NCBI GenBank assembly: GCA_041626995.1
Contig: JBFKSL010000001.1
Coordinates: 1-37,083, forward strand
Length of the DNA stretch: 37,083 bases
Direction of reading: 5' to 3'
Source: Ketobacter sp.
GTDB lineage: Bacteria > Pseudomonadota > Gammaproteobacteria > Pseudomonadales > Ketobacteraceae
A model generated the notes under the pieces. The model was not told where the DNA came from. It searched no databases and saw nothing but the letters and a program-made list of their open reading frames with translations. Of this stretch, positions 23,475 to 32,955 are shown one piece after another. The translations under genes were made by a program, and so were the position numbers. How positions within the stretch are numbered: position 1 is the first letter of the stretch; each line of letters opens with the position of its first letter.

Positions 23475-23695
23475 TGAGTGTTGCTAGCTTGGTAACTAGG
23501 GGTTTCAGTAACGGGACTTTTATTGGCTCAATTCCAGAGTTGGTTACAATGGGTTATACTATAGGTGAAAATATAGTATGGACCATGCAGGATCCAACAA
23601 CCACGAGTTGGGCAGTACAATCAAAAGTCGCATCAACATGGGTAACACAGAGTAACACAGCCACTACATGGACTGTAAAGCAGCCGAGTAGTTAA
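23474..23695 (+). CDS. Small hypothetical protein with periodic Trp repeats
   Basis: TAATG coupling; four W-x-x-Q repeats at a 10-aa period. Confidence 0.7.
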   Translation: MSVASLVTRGFSNGTFIGSIPELVTMGYTIGENIVWTMQDPTTTSWAVQSKVASTWVTQSNTATTWTVKQPSS

Positions 23696-23740
23696 TTAAA
23701 CCTAAGTCTTAGACTTATCGAACAACCGCGAGGAATCGAA

Positions 23741-24070
23741 ATGGCACTAGTAGAGAAAAAGCGCAAGAGAGGCGATAATACAAAAAAGACCTCTAGAGAG
23801 ATAAATAGAGAAGAATTAAAGAGGTATTTATCCGAAAGAGGAAAGGTTTCTTATATATTTGATTTGCTTGAAAAAGTAGATGACCTAAACAATGATATGG
23901 AACCCATTGAATTACAAAGGGTTAAATTGAGTATAGATACAAGATTGTCACTTCTTAAAAAGTATCTTCCAGATGAAAAGTCCGTCGAAGTTAAAAACGA
24001 AGAGGGTGGGACTTTCAAGACTGATTCTAAATGGCAAATAGAGTTTATCAATGCCCAGCCTCAAGATTAA
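23741..24070 (+). CDS. terS: Putative terminase small subunit
   Basis: Immediately upstream of and overlapping TerL; LLKKYLPD.KSVEV motif; GAGGA SD. Confidence 0.7.
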   Translation: MALVEKKRKRGDNTKKTSREINREELKRYLSERGKVSYIFDLLEKVDDLNNDMEPIELQRVKLSIDTRLSLLKKYLPDEKSVEVKNEEGGTFKTDSKWQIEFINAQPQD

Positions 24071-25517
24071 TAAACGACTCGAAAAGCTGTTTTACGCTAA
24101 GCAGCAAATCATAGTTCTTATCGGTGGCCGAGGTTCGGGCAAATCCATAGGTGTGGGTGACTACCTTGCATTTAAGATGGCAACAGAAGGTGCTGATATT
24201 TATTGCTTAAGGGAATTTCAAGACTCTGTGTCTGATTCTGTCCATAGGGTGTTCGCTGACTCAATACAGAAGCGGCTCTGTTTAGATGGTTGGGACGTAC
24301 AAGAAAATAAGATTGTGGGTCCACAAGGACAAAGGACTGTTTACAAGGGGGCAAACCGAAACCCAGACTCTATGCAATCAGCTCAGGGTTATAAGTACTC
24401 ATGGTTTGAAGAGGCGCACAGGGCCAGCCAAAGCTCAATAGATAAGCTGCTGCCCACCATACTAAGAAACCCCGGCGCTAAATGTATTTTTACAGCCAAC
24501 CCACAATCAAGTGCAGACCCATTCAGTAAGCGATTTATAACGCCTTACCTAAAGCAGCTAGAAAGGGACGGTATTTACGAAGACGACCTGCATCTGGTTA
24601 TGGTCGTTAACTGGCGCGATAATCCTTGGTGGAATGAAGAACAAGAAAGGTTAAGGCTTTGGGATTATGAAAACCTACCACGATCTAAATACGGCTGGAT
24701 ATGGGAGGGCAAGTTTAACGACCATGTGGACAACTCCATAATAAAGTCTGATTGGTTCGATGCCTGTATAGATGCCCACAAGTTAGACAGGCTAAAAGAC
24801 TCATTTACACCACATGGCGCAGTTATAGCCGCCCATGACCCGTTCGACGATGGCAAAGACGCTGGTGGCTTTGCTGTAAGGCATGGTTCAATAATCAGAG
24901 CCGTTAAGTCTAAAGATAAAGGTGAAATAGACGAGTGTTTCGACTGGGCAGCAGCAGAAGCCAAGATTGCAAAGGCTGACTGGTTTGTCTGGGATGGTGA
25001 TGGGATGGGGACGGGCCTTAAGAGACAAGCCTCTTTAGCTTTTGATGGAACTAGAACCGCATATCAAATGTTTAAGGGTGGCTTATCAGGCAAAGCACAA
25101 GACAACGCAGACAAGATTTACCAAAAGGAATTTGGCGGGAAAGAAACAAACCCCAAGACTTACTCAGAGACATTCAAAAACAACAGGGCGCAATACTACA
25201 CAATGTTAGCCGATAGAGTTTTCAACACTTACAAGGCTGTCACAAGAGGTGAATATATAAACCCTGATGAAATGATAAGCTTTGACTCGGATGGTATAGA
25301 GGATTTAAACACGCTTAGATCGCAACTTTGCCGCATACCAAGAATCGAAAACCCAAACGGCCTGATTCAGTTGATGAGCAAGAAGGATATGAAAGATAAA
25401 CTTGAACTGGACTCACCTAACGAGGCTGATGCTGTAATGATGACCATGTTTATTCCACCGATTAGAACCAAGAAGAAGCGCAAAACTCTTAATTATGGTA
25501 AAAGCGCTCTATGTTGA
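24051..25517 (+). CDS. terL: Terminase large subunit (PBSX / P22-Sf6-like)
   Basis: Walker A GGRGSGKS, Walker B WFEEA, NW.DNPW, nuclease HDP.D.G.D, D.DG.G, SPNEADA. Confidence 0.96.
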   Translation: MPSLKINKRLEKLFYAKQQIIVLIGGRGSGKSIGVGDYLAFKMATEGADIYCLREFQDSVSDSVHRVFADSIQKRLCLDGWDVQENKIVGPQGQRTVYKGANRNPDSMQSAQGYKYSWFEEAHRASQSSIDKLLPTILRNPGAKCIFTANPQSSADPFSKRFITPYLKQLERDGIYEDDLHLVMVVNWRDNPWWNEEQERLRLWDYENLPRSKYGWIWEGKFNDHVDNSIIKSDWFDACIDAHKLDRLKDSFTPHGAVIAAHDPFDDGKDAGGFAVRHGSIIRAVKSKDKGEIDECFDWAAAEAKIAKADWFVWDGDGMGTGLKRQASLAFDGTRTAYQMFKGGLSGKAQDNADKIYQKEFGGKETNPKTYSETFKNNRAQYYTMLADRVFNTYKAVTRGEYINPDEMISFDSDGIEDLNTLRSQLCRIPRIENPNGLIQLMSKKDMKDKLELDSPNEADAVMMTMFIPPIRTKKKRKTLNYGKSALC

Positions 25518-25552
25518 TATAATGATAATAATTAGACAATTAAGAGTCCCAC

Positions 25553-27613
25553 ATGGCTAAGATGACCGAAAACGAATTAGTATCCATACTGTCCAACGCA
25601 GAGCAGCAAGCCGCGATTTACACAGGCGAGTTCATGGCAGAAAACAGCAAGTTTCTTAACGCTTACTTTGGATACAAAACAGGCGACTTTGCAGCCATTG
25701 AAAACCAATCCTCTGTAGTCTCAACCGACGTAGCCGATGTGGTAGAGGCAGACATGCCAAGTTTGGCGCGTGTCTTTCTTGGCTCTGGTGATGTTATTAC
25801 GTTTGTTGCCAATACTGACAACGAAGTAGAGGTTAGGGAAGCAGAGGAAAAGACCAGATACGTTAATTGGGTTGTTCGTAATCAGCCAGAATCATTTCAA
25901 ATTATTCACAATTGGCTAAAGGACGCAGAGATCCAGAAAAACGGAGTGGTTAAGTATTTCATAGAAGAACAGGACGATGTTGAGGTTGTTGAATATGAAG
26001 GTGTTGATAGAACTGAGCTATCAGCGATAAGGGATAGTTTAGTTGGTTCAGAAGTTGATCGCGTCAAGGTCGAGGCTGTAGAGCAAGAAGAAACACAGGA
26101 ACAGTTGTTCAACATAAAGTTTCGCGTAACCAAGAAAGACAAAAAGATATGTATTATCAATATCCCACCAGAATCATTTCTTATTACCAAAAACGCCAAG
26201 TCACTAGATGACGCCCAACTGGTTGGTGATAGAGTTAGAAAGACTAGAGGTGAATTGCTTGCCGAGGGCTTTAAGCGTGACATTATAAACCTACTTCCAA
26301 CCGTGGATAGTGACGACAGAAAACAAACTAACATCGACTCAATCCGAAACCGCGACCAAGGCGGAAGCTCACCAGATGGAACAACAGACTTGGCAGACTG
26401 GGCCAATGAGCATGTTGAAATATCAGACCTATATATAAAAGTTGATTTTGATGGGGATGGGATAGCCGAGCGCAGGCATGTAATGATGTCCGGCAACCAA
26501 ATATTAATAAACGAATACTTTAATCATGTTCCTTACGCCTCACTTTCTGCCGTGCTAATGCCTCATAAAGCTATTGGCCGCAGCCGTGCCGAAATAACCT
26601 ACCCTACACAAGTGCAAAAGACCTCACTGTTGCGTGGTATGTTTAACAATATCCACATGGTTAACAACCCTAGGCACATAGTTCATGATGATGTTGATCT
26701 AGATGATATGTTAACAGTGAGAACAAACGGTATTGTAAGAATGGACAGTAACTCGGAAATATTGCCACAACAGGCTGTTTTTCCACTTACTACACCTTAC
26801 ATCGGCGATAAGGCATTGCAGACAATTCAATATGTGGATCAGGCCAGAGCGCAAACAACTGGCTCCCTATTGGCCTCTCAAGGCCTAGACGCAGATAAGA
26901 TAAACAAAGAGACAGCAACGCGATTTAACGGCGTTCAGGATGCTTCTGATGCGAAGATAGAGTTAATAGCGCGCAACTACGCAGAAACAGGGTTTAGAAA
27001 GTTATACGAGGGTATAGCGTGGCTTGCTTCGAGGTATCAGGACACACAAACAGAATTCAGGGTGTTAGGCAAATCCCTTTCTGTCAAACCTAGCTCATGG
27101 AAGTACAATCACCACGTTGAAACTAACGTCGGTTTAGGTGCTGGCAATAACGAAAAATTAGTCGAATCTTTACAAGGCATCTACGCAATACAACAACAAG
27201 AAATTGCACAAGGTTCGCCACTGGTAGACAACAAGGACAAATACAACACTCTAAAACGTATTATCGACGGCCTAGGACTCCCGAACGTACAAGAGTTCTT
27301 TAACGATCCAGAAGAGCCTAGTGAGTTGCTGTTGGCGCAGAATGAACTGTTAAATAAAACTGTGTTACAATTGCAAGAGCAAGTGCAGATGATGCAAAAC
27401 CCATTGGCTGACGCTGAGCAAATAAAAGCACAAGCTAAGCTTATTGAGGCCCAAGGAAAGGCTCAAATGGACCTTGTCAAGATGAGGCAGGAGCAAGAGA
27501 AGTTTAACCGAGAGCAAGCTAGAATGATGCGAGAATTCCAAGAGGAAATGGCATTTAAACTAACCAAGCTTGAAATTGACTCTAGTAAGAATGTACCGGG
27601 CAGCAAAGTATGA
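25553..27613 (+). CDS. Portal protein (P22-like, long C-terminal coiled coil)
   Basis: 686 aa after TerL; S.VVS.DV.D.VE..MPSL.RVF, D.DGDGIAE.R, IARN.AETG; Q-rich tail. Confidence 0.92.
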   Translation: MAKMTENELVSILSNAEQQAAIYTGEFMAENSKFLNAYFGYKTGDFAAIENQSSVVSTDVADVVEADMPSLARVFLGSGDVITFVANTDNEVEVREAEEKTRYVNWVVRNQPESFQIIHNWLKDAEIQKNGVVKYFIEEQDDVEVVEYEGVDRTELSAIRDSLVGSEVDRVKVEAVEQEETQEQLFNIKFRVTKKDKKICIINIPPESFLITKNAKSLDDAQLVGDRVRKTRGELLAEGFKRDIINLLPTVDSDDRKQTNIDSIRNRDQGGSSPDGTTDLADWANEHVEISDLYIKVDFDGDGIAERRHVMMSGNQILINEYFNHVPYASLSAVLMPHKAIGRSRAEITYPTQVQKTSLLRGMFNNIHMVNNPRHIVHDDVDLDDMLTVRTNGIVRMDSNSEILPQQAVFPLTTPYIGDKALQTIQYVDQARAQTTGSLLASQGLDADKINKETATRFNGVQDASDAKIELIARNYAETGFRKLYEGIAWLASRYQDTQTEFRVLGKSLSVKPSSWKYNHHVETNVGLGAGNNEKLVESLQGIYAIQQQEIAQGSPLVDNKDKYNTLKRIIDGLGLPNVQEFFNDPEEPSELLLAQNELLNKTVLQLQEQVQMMQNPLADAEQIKAQAKLIEAQGKAQMDLVKMRQEQEKFNREQARMMREFQEEMAFKLTKLEIDSSKNVPGSKV

Positions 27614-27912
27614 GATCTAACGAAGAGCAACGACGGGAGGCTTTAAGCGACATTAGCAGGGCTTCCCAAGCCGACGAGTTATTAAGAAACCCGCTTTACA
27701 TTGAAGCCATTTCTGCGATGCAGCTAGCATTGCAAGAGACGTTTGCTGATACAAAATTAGACCAAGAGAGGGAGCGCCACGAACTATGGCAACGGATGCA
27801 GTTACTAAAACAATTTCAAGCCAAATTTGAGCATATAGTCAAAAAAGGCGCGAAAGCACGAGAAACTTTAACACTACTCGAAAAGAGTAAACAATTTATA
27901 GGACTACGATAA
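27610..27912 (+). CDS. Conserved head-region hypothetical protein
   Basis: A..LL.NP...EA...ER.ELW; between portal and scaffold. Confidence 0.75.
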   Translation: MRSNEEQRREALSDISRASQADELLRNPLYIEAISAMQLALQETFADTKLDQERERHELWQRMQLLKQFQAKFEHIVKKGAKARETLTLLEKSKQFIGLR

Positions 27913-28865
27913 TGCTAACAATCCCCAGCGGAACTAGCGAACAAGAAACTATAAACAGAATCAAAGCAGCTAGAGGTAATGCGGAGCCAGTTGAGCCAAC
28001 CGAAGAGCCGGAAGTTGTTGATATGTCGATAGACGATACCGATGAAATCACCGAAGAGGCCGAGGAATTGCACACTGATGCAATCGAACAACCGGAAGAG
28101 GTGGAACAAGTCGAAGAGGCAGTAGCAAGTGAAGAGGATGAACTATATCTTGATCTAGACGGTGAAGAAATACCACTGTCACAGGTTAAGGAATGGAAAT
28201 CCGGCCACATGATGCAGTCTGATTACACTCGCAAAACAACTGAGTTAGCCGAACAGAGAAAAGAGTTTGAGTCCATGCAGCAAGCTTTCAATGAAAAGCA
28301 AAATGCAATGATGTCAAACTTTGAAATCCTAGAGGCTATGATTGCCGAGGATGAATTAACACCCGAGCAAGCTCAAGAAATGCGGGAGTATGAACCAGAA
28401 GCATATATAAAGCATATGGAGAAACAACAGAAGCGCAAAGAACTGTTAAAGTCTAAGCCCCCTGTTAACACTCCTAGTTTTGACCCTCAAGTCGAACAGC
28501 AAAAACTGGTGCAAGCCAACCCACAATGGTTGGATAATGGCAAGCCCACGAAGGCTTACGAAGAGGACACAAAACTGTTGAATGATTATGCACAGCAACG
28601 AGGTGTAACTGCTGACAAGTTCGCCACGTTTGATGCTACAATGATTCAAATTATGATTGATGCGGCAAGGTTCCAAAAAATAAGTAAAAGCAACGCAGCA
28701 GTTGAAAAGAAAGTCAGAAAGGCACCTGTAACAACTAAACCAAGACAGGCTGTTCAATCTGGTATTCATGACAAAATAGAGAAAGCAAAAGCTAAATTAA
28801 AGCGCACTGGCTCTATGGAAGACGCTGTTGCATTGAAAAAGTTACAAAGACAATTCAACAATTAA
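27912..28865 (+). CDS. Capsid scaffolding protein
   Basis: Acidic N-terminus, DGEE..L......G..MQSDYTRKT.ELAEQRK, C-terminal LK.TGS..DA; precedes the capsid gene. Confidence 0.88.
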   Translation: MLTIPSGTSEQETINRIKAARGNAEPVEPTEEPEVVDMSIDDTDEITEEAEELHTDAIEQPEEVEQVEEAVASEEDELYLDLDGEEIPLSQVKEWKSGHMMQSDYTRKTTELAEQRKEFESMQQAFNEKQNAMMSNFEILEAMIAEDELTPEQAQEMREYEPEAYIKHMEKQQKRKELLKSKPPVNTPSFDPQVEQQKLVQANPQWLDNGKPTKAYEEDTKLLNDYAQQRGVTADKFATFDATMIQIMIDAARFQKISKSNAAVEKKVRKAPVTTKPRQAVQSGIHDKIEKAKAKLKRTGSMEDAVALKKLQRQFNN

Positions 28866-28876
28866 GGTAAATTACT

Positions 28877-29833
28877 ATGGCAACTCCAGCAAATACTACA
28901 TCAACATACGATGCGATTGGTAATCGTGAAGATTTAAGCGATGTTATTTACGACATTTCACCAATGGACACCCCTTTCATGTCGGGCATTGCTCGTGTTC
29001 AAGCGACAGCAACAAACCATGAATGGCAAACTGACTCACTAGCGACAGCAGCCAATAACGCTGTTATTGAAGGTGAGGATGCAACAACCACAGCAGCGGT
29101 AGCCTCTGTCCGTTTGGGTAACTACACTCAAATCAGTGACAAGGTTCCTCGTGTTACTCGCACCCAGCGACAAGTTCAATCGGCTGGCCGTGGCGATGAG
29201 CTAGAGTACCAAATCATGAAAATGGGTAAAGCCTTGAAGCGTGATATGGAAACCGCGCTATTGGCGAACAAGGCCAAGGCTGCGGGTTCTGAATCAGTGG
29301 CTAGAGAATTAGCAGGTGTTGAATCATGGATTGCAACTAACGTTAACTTGGGTGCTACAGGTACAGCTCCAACCGGTGATGGCACAGACACGCGTGGCGC
29401 TGGTACAGCTCGTGCATTTGACGAGGCAGACTTAAAGAACGTTCTAGCCTCTTGCTGGGATGAGGGCGGTGACCCAGATATGATTATGCTTGGTTCATTC
29501 AATAAGCAAGCAATGTCTAGCTTTGTTGGTGGTGGCACGTCCGGCCCAGCACAACGTACAGTTGATGGGGATGCGACTCGTGTAAATACAGCTATTGATA
29601 TTTATGTTTCAGACTTTGGTTCCTTAGCGGTTGTTCCTAACCGTTTCCAAGTTCAGTCATCTTGCCTGGTTCTAGAAATGGACATGTGGGCTATGGCTAC
29701 CTTAGCTGACTTCCAAGAGACGCCACTGGCAAAAACTGGTGACTCGGACCGAGTTCAGCTACTTTCTGAATACACATTAGAAGCCAGAAATGAAAAGTCT
29801 TCTGGTATTGTTGCTGACTTGACTACTGCTTAA
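28877..29833 (+). CDS. Major capsid protein (DUF5309/SU10-like, HK97 fold)
   Basis: GNREDLSDVIY.ISP.DTPFMS, HEWQTDSL, NYTQI, LKRDME, LAKTGD; followed by a terminator. Confidence 0.93.
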   Translation: MATPANTTSTYDAIGNREDLSDVIYDISPMDTPFMSGIARVQATATNHEWQTDSLATAANNAVIEGEDATTTAAVASVRLGNYTQISDKVPRVTRTQRQVQSAGRGDELEYQIMKMGKALKRDMETALLANKAKAAGSESVARELAGVESWIATNVNLGATGTAPTGDGTDTRGAGTARAFDEADLKNVLASCWDEGGDPDMIMLGSFNKQAMSSFVGGGTSGPAQRTVDGDATRVNTAIDIYVSDFGSLAVVPNRFQVQSSCLVLEMDMWAMATLADFQETPLAKTGDSDRVQLLSEYTLEARNEKSSGIVADLTTA

Positions 29834-29838
29834 TCAAT

Positions 29839-29856
29839 GGGGCTTCGGCCCCTTTT
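29839..29856 (+). terminator. Rho-independent terminator
   Basis: GGGGC-TTCG-GCCCC-TTTT. Confidence 0.9.
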
Positions 29857-29864
29857 GAGGTATT

Positions 29865-30038
29865 ATGACTGACAAGATGATAACAAAGCGAAAGCCCAAG
29901 AAAATCAAAGTCAAAATAAAGCGTGGGTATCGGTTTAACGAAGACTTGCCAACGCGTCGAAAAGGCACGGAAGTTACAATAGGGTCGAATGAATTTGATT
30001 TTGCGCATGCAAATGGGTATTTGGAGGGCGGGGTTTAG
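29865..30038 (+). CDS. Small basic hypothetical protein (57 aa, MTDKMITKRKPKKIKVKIKRGYRF...)
   Basis: Not in the track. GAGGT SD; fills the gap after the capsid gene. Confidence 0.7.
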   Translation: MTDKMITKRKPKKIKVKIKRGYRFNEDLPTRRKGTEVTIGSNEFDFAHANGYLEGGV

Positions 30039-30049
30039 GCCCCGTTTTT
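30028..30049 (+). terminator. Rho-independent terminator
   Basis: GCGGGGT-TTA-GGCCCCGT-like stem followed by a T tract. Confidence 0.7.
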
Positions 30050-30053
30050 GTTT

Positions 30054-30398
30054 ATGAGTAAAATTATACTTGATGTTGATAATTGGGCTGGCACTATTGA
30101 GACTTACGAAAAGGACAAAATGACAGGCCAGGTCAGGGTTACGAAGACGCAAGATGTAGATCCCATTTTTAGCGCCAACACAGCAGAGAAAAATGCAATT
30201 TGGAACAATACATGGAAGGGCGATATGCACAAGGTCGCTTCAATCCCGTGGGTTATTGCTGAGCAATGGCAGAATGAACTAAAAGCTATGGGCGCACCAA
30301 ATACAAGTCCATTTCATGGAAGCAACAGATCGTTTTTAATAGCCAAGCTAAACGACTATAATTACTCAAAGTTAAGAACTAAATCAGGACGCGTATAA
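30054..30398 (+). CDS. Conserved virion-region hypothetical protein
   Basis: TQDVDPI..AN, HKVASIP....EQW, LND..Y..LRT..GRV. Confidence 0.8.
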   Translation: MSKIILDVDNWAGTIETYEKDKMTGQVRVTKTQDVDPIFSANTAEKNAIWNNTWKGDMHKVASIPWVIAEQWQNELKAMGAPNTSPFHGSNRSFLIAKLNDYNYSKLRTKSGRV

Positions 30399-31024
30399 TG
30401 GCAATTTCCAACTATGACGAATTAGTAAAAAAGATAATATCTGTAGGGGAGCGTGACGATTTAGGCACAGAGGTTAACGATTTTATACTTTTGGCTGAAA
30501 CAGAGATGTATAACAATCAGGTCGAAGCTTTAAAAATTCGTGATATGGAAACAATTCAAACAGCCACAACGTCAACCGGAAGATTTCTAGCGCTACCAGA
30601 CAACTTTGAGTCTATGAGGTCAAGCCGTATAGTTATAAACTCAGGTGGCGAAATAAGATACCAAGCACCAGAACAAATGAACAGGCTGCCAATAACAGGC
30701 AGACCGCGCTTCTTTACTGTTATAGGTAATGAAATCGAGTTCGATAGAACACCAGACAGTGAATACACAATAGAGGCACAAGCCTTAACTAGACCACTAG
30801 GGCTAAGTACGACCAACCAAACAAACACAGTATTAACAAAATTCCCCACTGTCTATTTATATGGGTGTATGGCTCAATTTTTTATAAGGGCGCAAGACGA
30901 TGAGCAAGCGTTCAAATACAACGACTTATTTTTTAATGCCATAAAGGGCGCAAACAAGTCACAAAAACAAGGAAAGTACGGCCCAGCACCACAAATGGGG
31001 CTAGATATGGGTATGGTGGTTTAA
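30398..31024 (+). CDS. Head-tail adaptor protein
   Basis: NY.EL...I..., FI.LAE, LP.NF..MR, G.PRFF......I.F..TPD..Y, P.VYLYG. Confidence 0.75.
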   Translation: MAISNYDELVKKIISVGERDDLGTEVNDFILLAETEMYNNQVEALKIRDMETIQTATTSTGRFLALPDNFESMRSSRIVINSGGEIRYQAPEQMNRLPITGRPRFFTVIGNEIEFDRTPDSEYTIEAQALTRPLGLSTTNQTNTVLTKFPTVYLYGCMAQFFIRAQDDEQAFKYNDLFFNAIKGANKSQKQGKYGPAPQMGLDMGMVV

Positions 31025-32452
31025 ATGCCTTTTCAATCAACTGAGTTTCCAATTACAGGCCCATCATACCAGAGCCGCTCCAAGCCATTGTCGAGCCAGC
31101 AGACAGTTAACTGGTATCAACAAGCAAACGCAAACCAGAAGGATGAGTTTGTATTAATGCCCTTTCCCGGATTGCTTCAGGTTGGCTCTTATTCTACACC
31201 GGATAACGACCGCGGCATGACAAGGATGGCGGAGGTGCTTTACCAAGTAAAAGGAACCTCACTGTTTGAAATAGATAAGTTTGGAAACCACACAAACAGG
31301 GGTGCTATAACTGGCGTAGGTCGATGTATATTCGCCAATGACGGAACAAACCTAGTTATAGTTACCGACCAAAGAACATTTATCTATTCAAAAGATACAG
31401 GTTTAATAACTGAGTCTCTGGTAACTGGAACGACTGGCGCTTTATCGGTTGATATTATCAACACGCAATTCCTGTTTACCTTTACCAACACAACATACGT
31501 TGCAAACTTGGACAACGTGACAAAGCTGTTCGTGACGGACGGGCAGGTTGGTGCAGATGTAAAGCCGGATAACCTAGTTAGAGATTTTGTATTCGAACAA
31601 ACAATCTGGAGGTTTGGTAAAAGAACAGTCGAAGCGTGGTATAACAACCCCTCAGTAATTCCACCACTATCAAGACTTGACGGACAGATATTTGATGTTG
31701 GTGTACTATCCCCTCACTCAATAGCGGCGACAGATGAATTCTTTTACTGGTTGGGTGATGATAATGCGATTTATCGGGCCAGAAGTGGCGTTAAGGAGCG
31801 CATAGGCACTGACGCAATAAGTAACGCACTTGCTATGAGTGACAACTCAGGTGCAAAGGCTTACACGTTTACGCTTGAGGGTTATAATTTCTATTGCATA
31901 ACATTACCACTCTTAAATAAGACGTTTTTGTTTAATGAGTCACTAGGTCGAGGCATGGGATGGTCTGAGCTGTCCAGCGGATTGAATGGTAACTTGTATC
32001 AAGGCTCGTCGCTTTGTGGCTGTTACGGCGCAAATTATGTGGCTGACAAGGACAGCGGTAAGGTCTACAAACTAGATCTGGACACATACACAAACGACGG
32101 AAACCCAATCCTAAGAACAAGAGTCACAAGAAGCATTAACGGTGGCCTGTTTGGACAGAAGGGTAAGCGTGTTCAAATGTCCCGCCTTGAATTGCTAATG
32201 GAGACAGGTGTTGGCTTATTGTCTGGTCAAGGTGAGGACCCACGAATAATGATAGAGGCCTCATATGATGGTGGTAGAACGTGGGACAGTGGCACATGGG
32301 CTAGGACCGGGAGGTTAGGAGAGCATGTATTGAAGGTTGAATGGTTTAACTTAAAATCCTTTTATGACTTGATACTAAGGATAACCACCACAGACCCCGT
32401 GAACTTTACTATCTATTCTTCAACAATAGACCTAAGACTGGCGGGTAAATAA
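31025..32452 (+). CDS. Packaged-DNA stabilization / tail hub protein (P22 gp10-like)
   Basis: 475 aa beta-rich; VNWY, PGL, PD.LV, FG..TVE.W, S.DGG.TW, G..GE....VEW..L. Confidence 0.85.
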   Translation: MPFQSTEFPITGPSYQSRSKPLSSQQTVNWYQQANANQKDEFVLMPFPGLLQVGSYSTPDNDRGMTRMAEVLYQVKGTSLFEIDKFGNHTNRGAITGVGRCIFANDGTNLVIVTDQRTFIYSKDTGLITESLVTGTTGALSVDIINTQFLFTFTNTTYVANLDNVTKLFVTDGQVGADVKPDNLVRDFVFEQTIWRFGKRTVEAWYNNPSVIPPLSRLDGQIFDVGVLSPHSIAATDEFFYWLGDDNAIYRARSGVKERIGTDAISNALAMSDNSGAKAYTFTLEGYNFYCITLPLLNKTFLFNESLGRGMGWSELSSGLNGNLYQGSSLCGCYGANYVADKDSGKVYKLDLDTYTNDGNPILRTRVTRSINGGLFGQKGKRVQMSRLELLMETGVGLLSGQGEDPRIMIEASYDGGRTWDSGTWARTGRLGEHVLKVEWFNLKSFYDLILRITTTDPVNFTIYSSTIDLRLAGK

Positions 32453-32955
32453 TGATTAATGTAAATCCACCACCACGACCAAGAATGCCACAAACATTCT
32501 TACGGGACCGTGAAGTCAATGGTTACATGGAGCAGTTACAGACCATCATATTCCAACTGTACACAAGGTCAGGCGGGTCTGGTGATGCGATGGCGCAAGC
32601 GTTGCAGGATATTGTAACTATATTTGGAGAGCTAACAGAACTTGACGAGTTACGCCCACTAATAAACAAAAATACCAGTGACATAAACGGCCTTTTACTA
32701 AAGGCCTTTAAGTTAGTAACTGTAACCAGTGATTACACCACTGGGCCTAACGAGGTTATAAACTGCGAAAACACAACACCCATTACAATCACACTTGACC
32801 CAAACGCTAAGAAAATGGACGAGGTTAACATCAAGAGAGCCAATGCAAAAGTGACCGTTATTGGTCTTATTGATGGTAAGAGTGATAGAATAATAAACAT
32901 TAAAAATTACTCACTAAAGCTGGCTTATACTGGCTCTAGGTGGATTGAGATATGA
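32452..32955 (+). CDS. Tail needle-like / tail accessory protein
   Basis: Follows the gp10-like gene; short coiled coil plus C-terminal beta knob (TITL.P...IDG...W.EI). Confidence 0.55.
   Translation: MINVNPPPRPRMPQTFLRDREVNGYMEQLQTIIFQLYTRSGGSGDAMAQALQDIVTIFGELTELDELRPLINKNTSDINGLLLKAFKLVTVTSDYTTGPNEVINCENTTPITITLDPNAKKMDEVNIKRANAKVTVIGLIDGKSDRIINIKNYSLKLAYTGSRWIEI

Noticed and set aside
23703-23717. TAAGTC-TTA-GACTTA palindrome upstream of terS as a pac site
   Set aside because: It is short, AT-rich and single-copy, so nothing in the sequence distinguishes it from chance.
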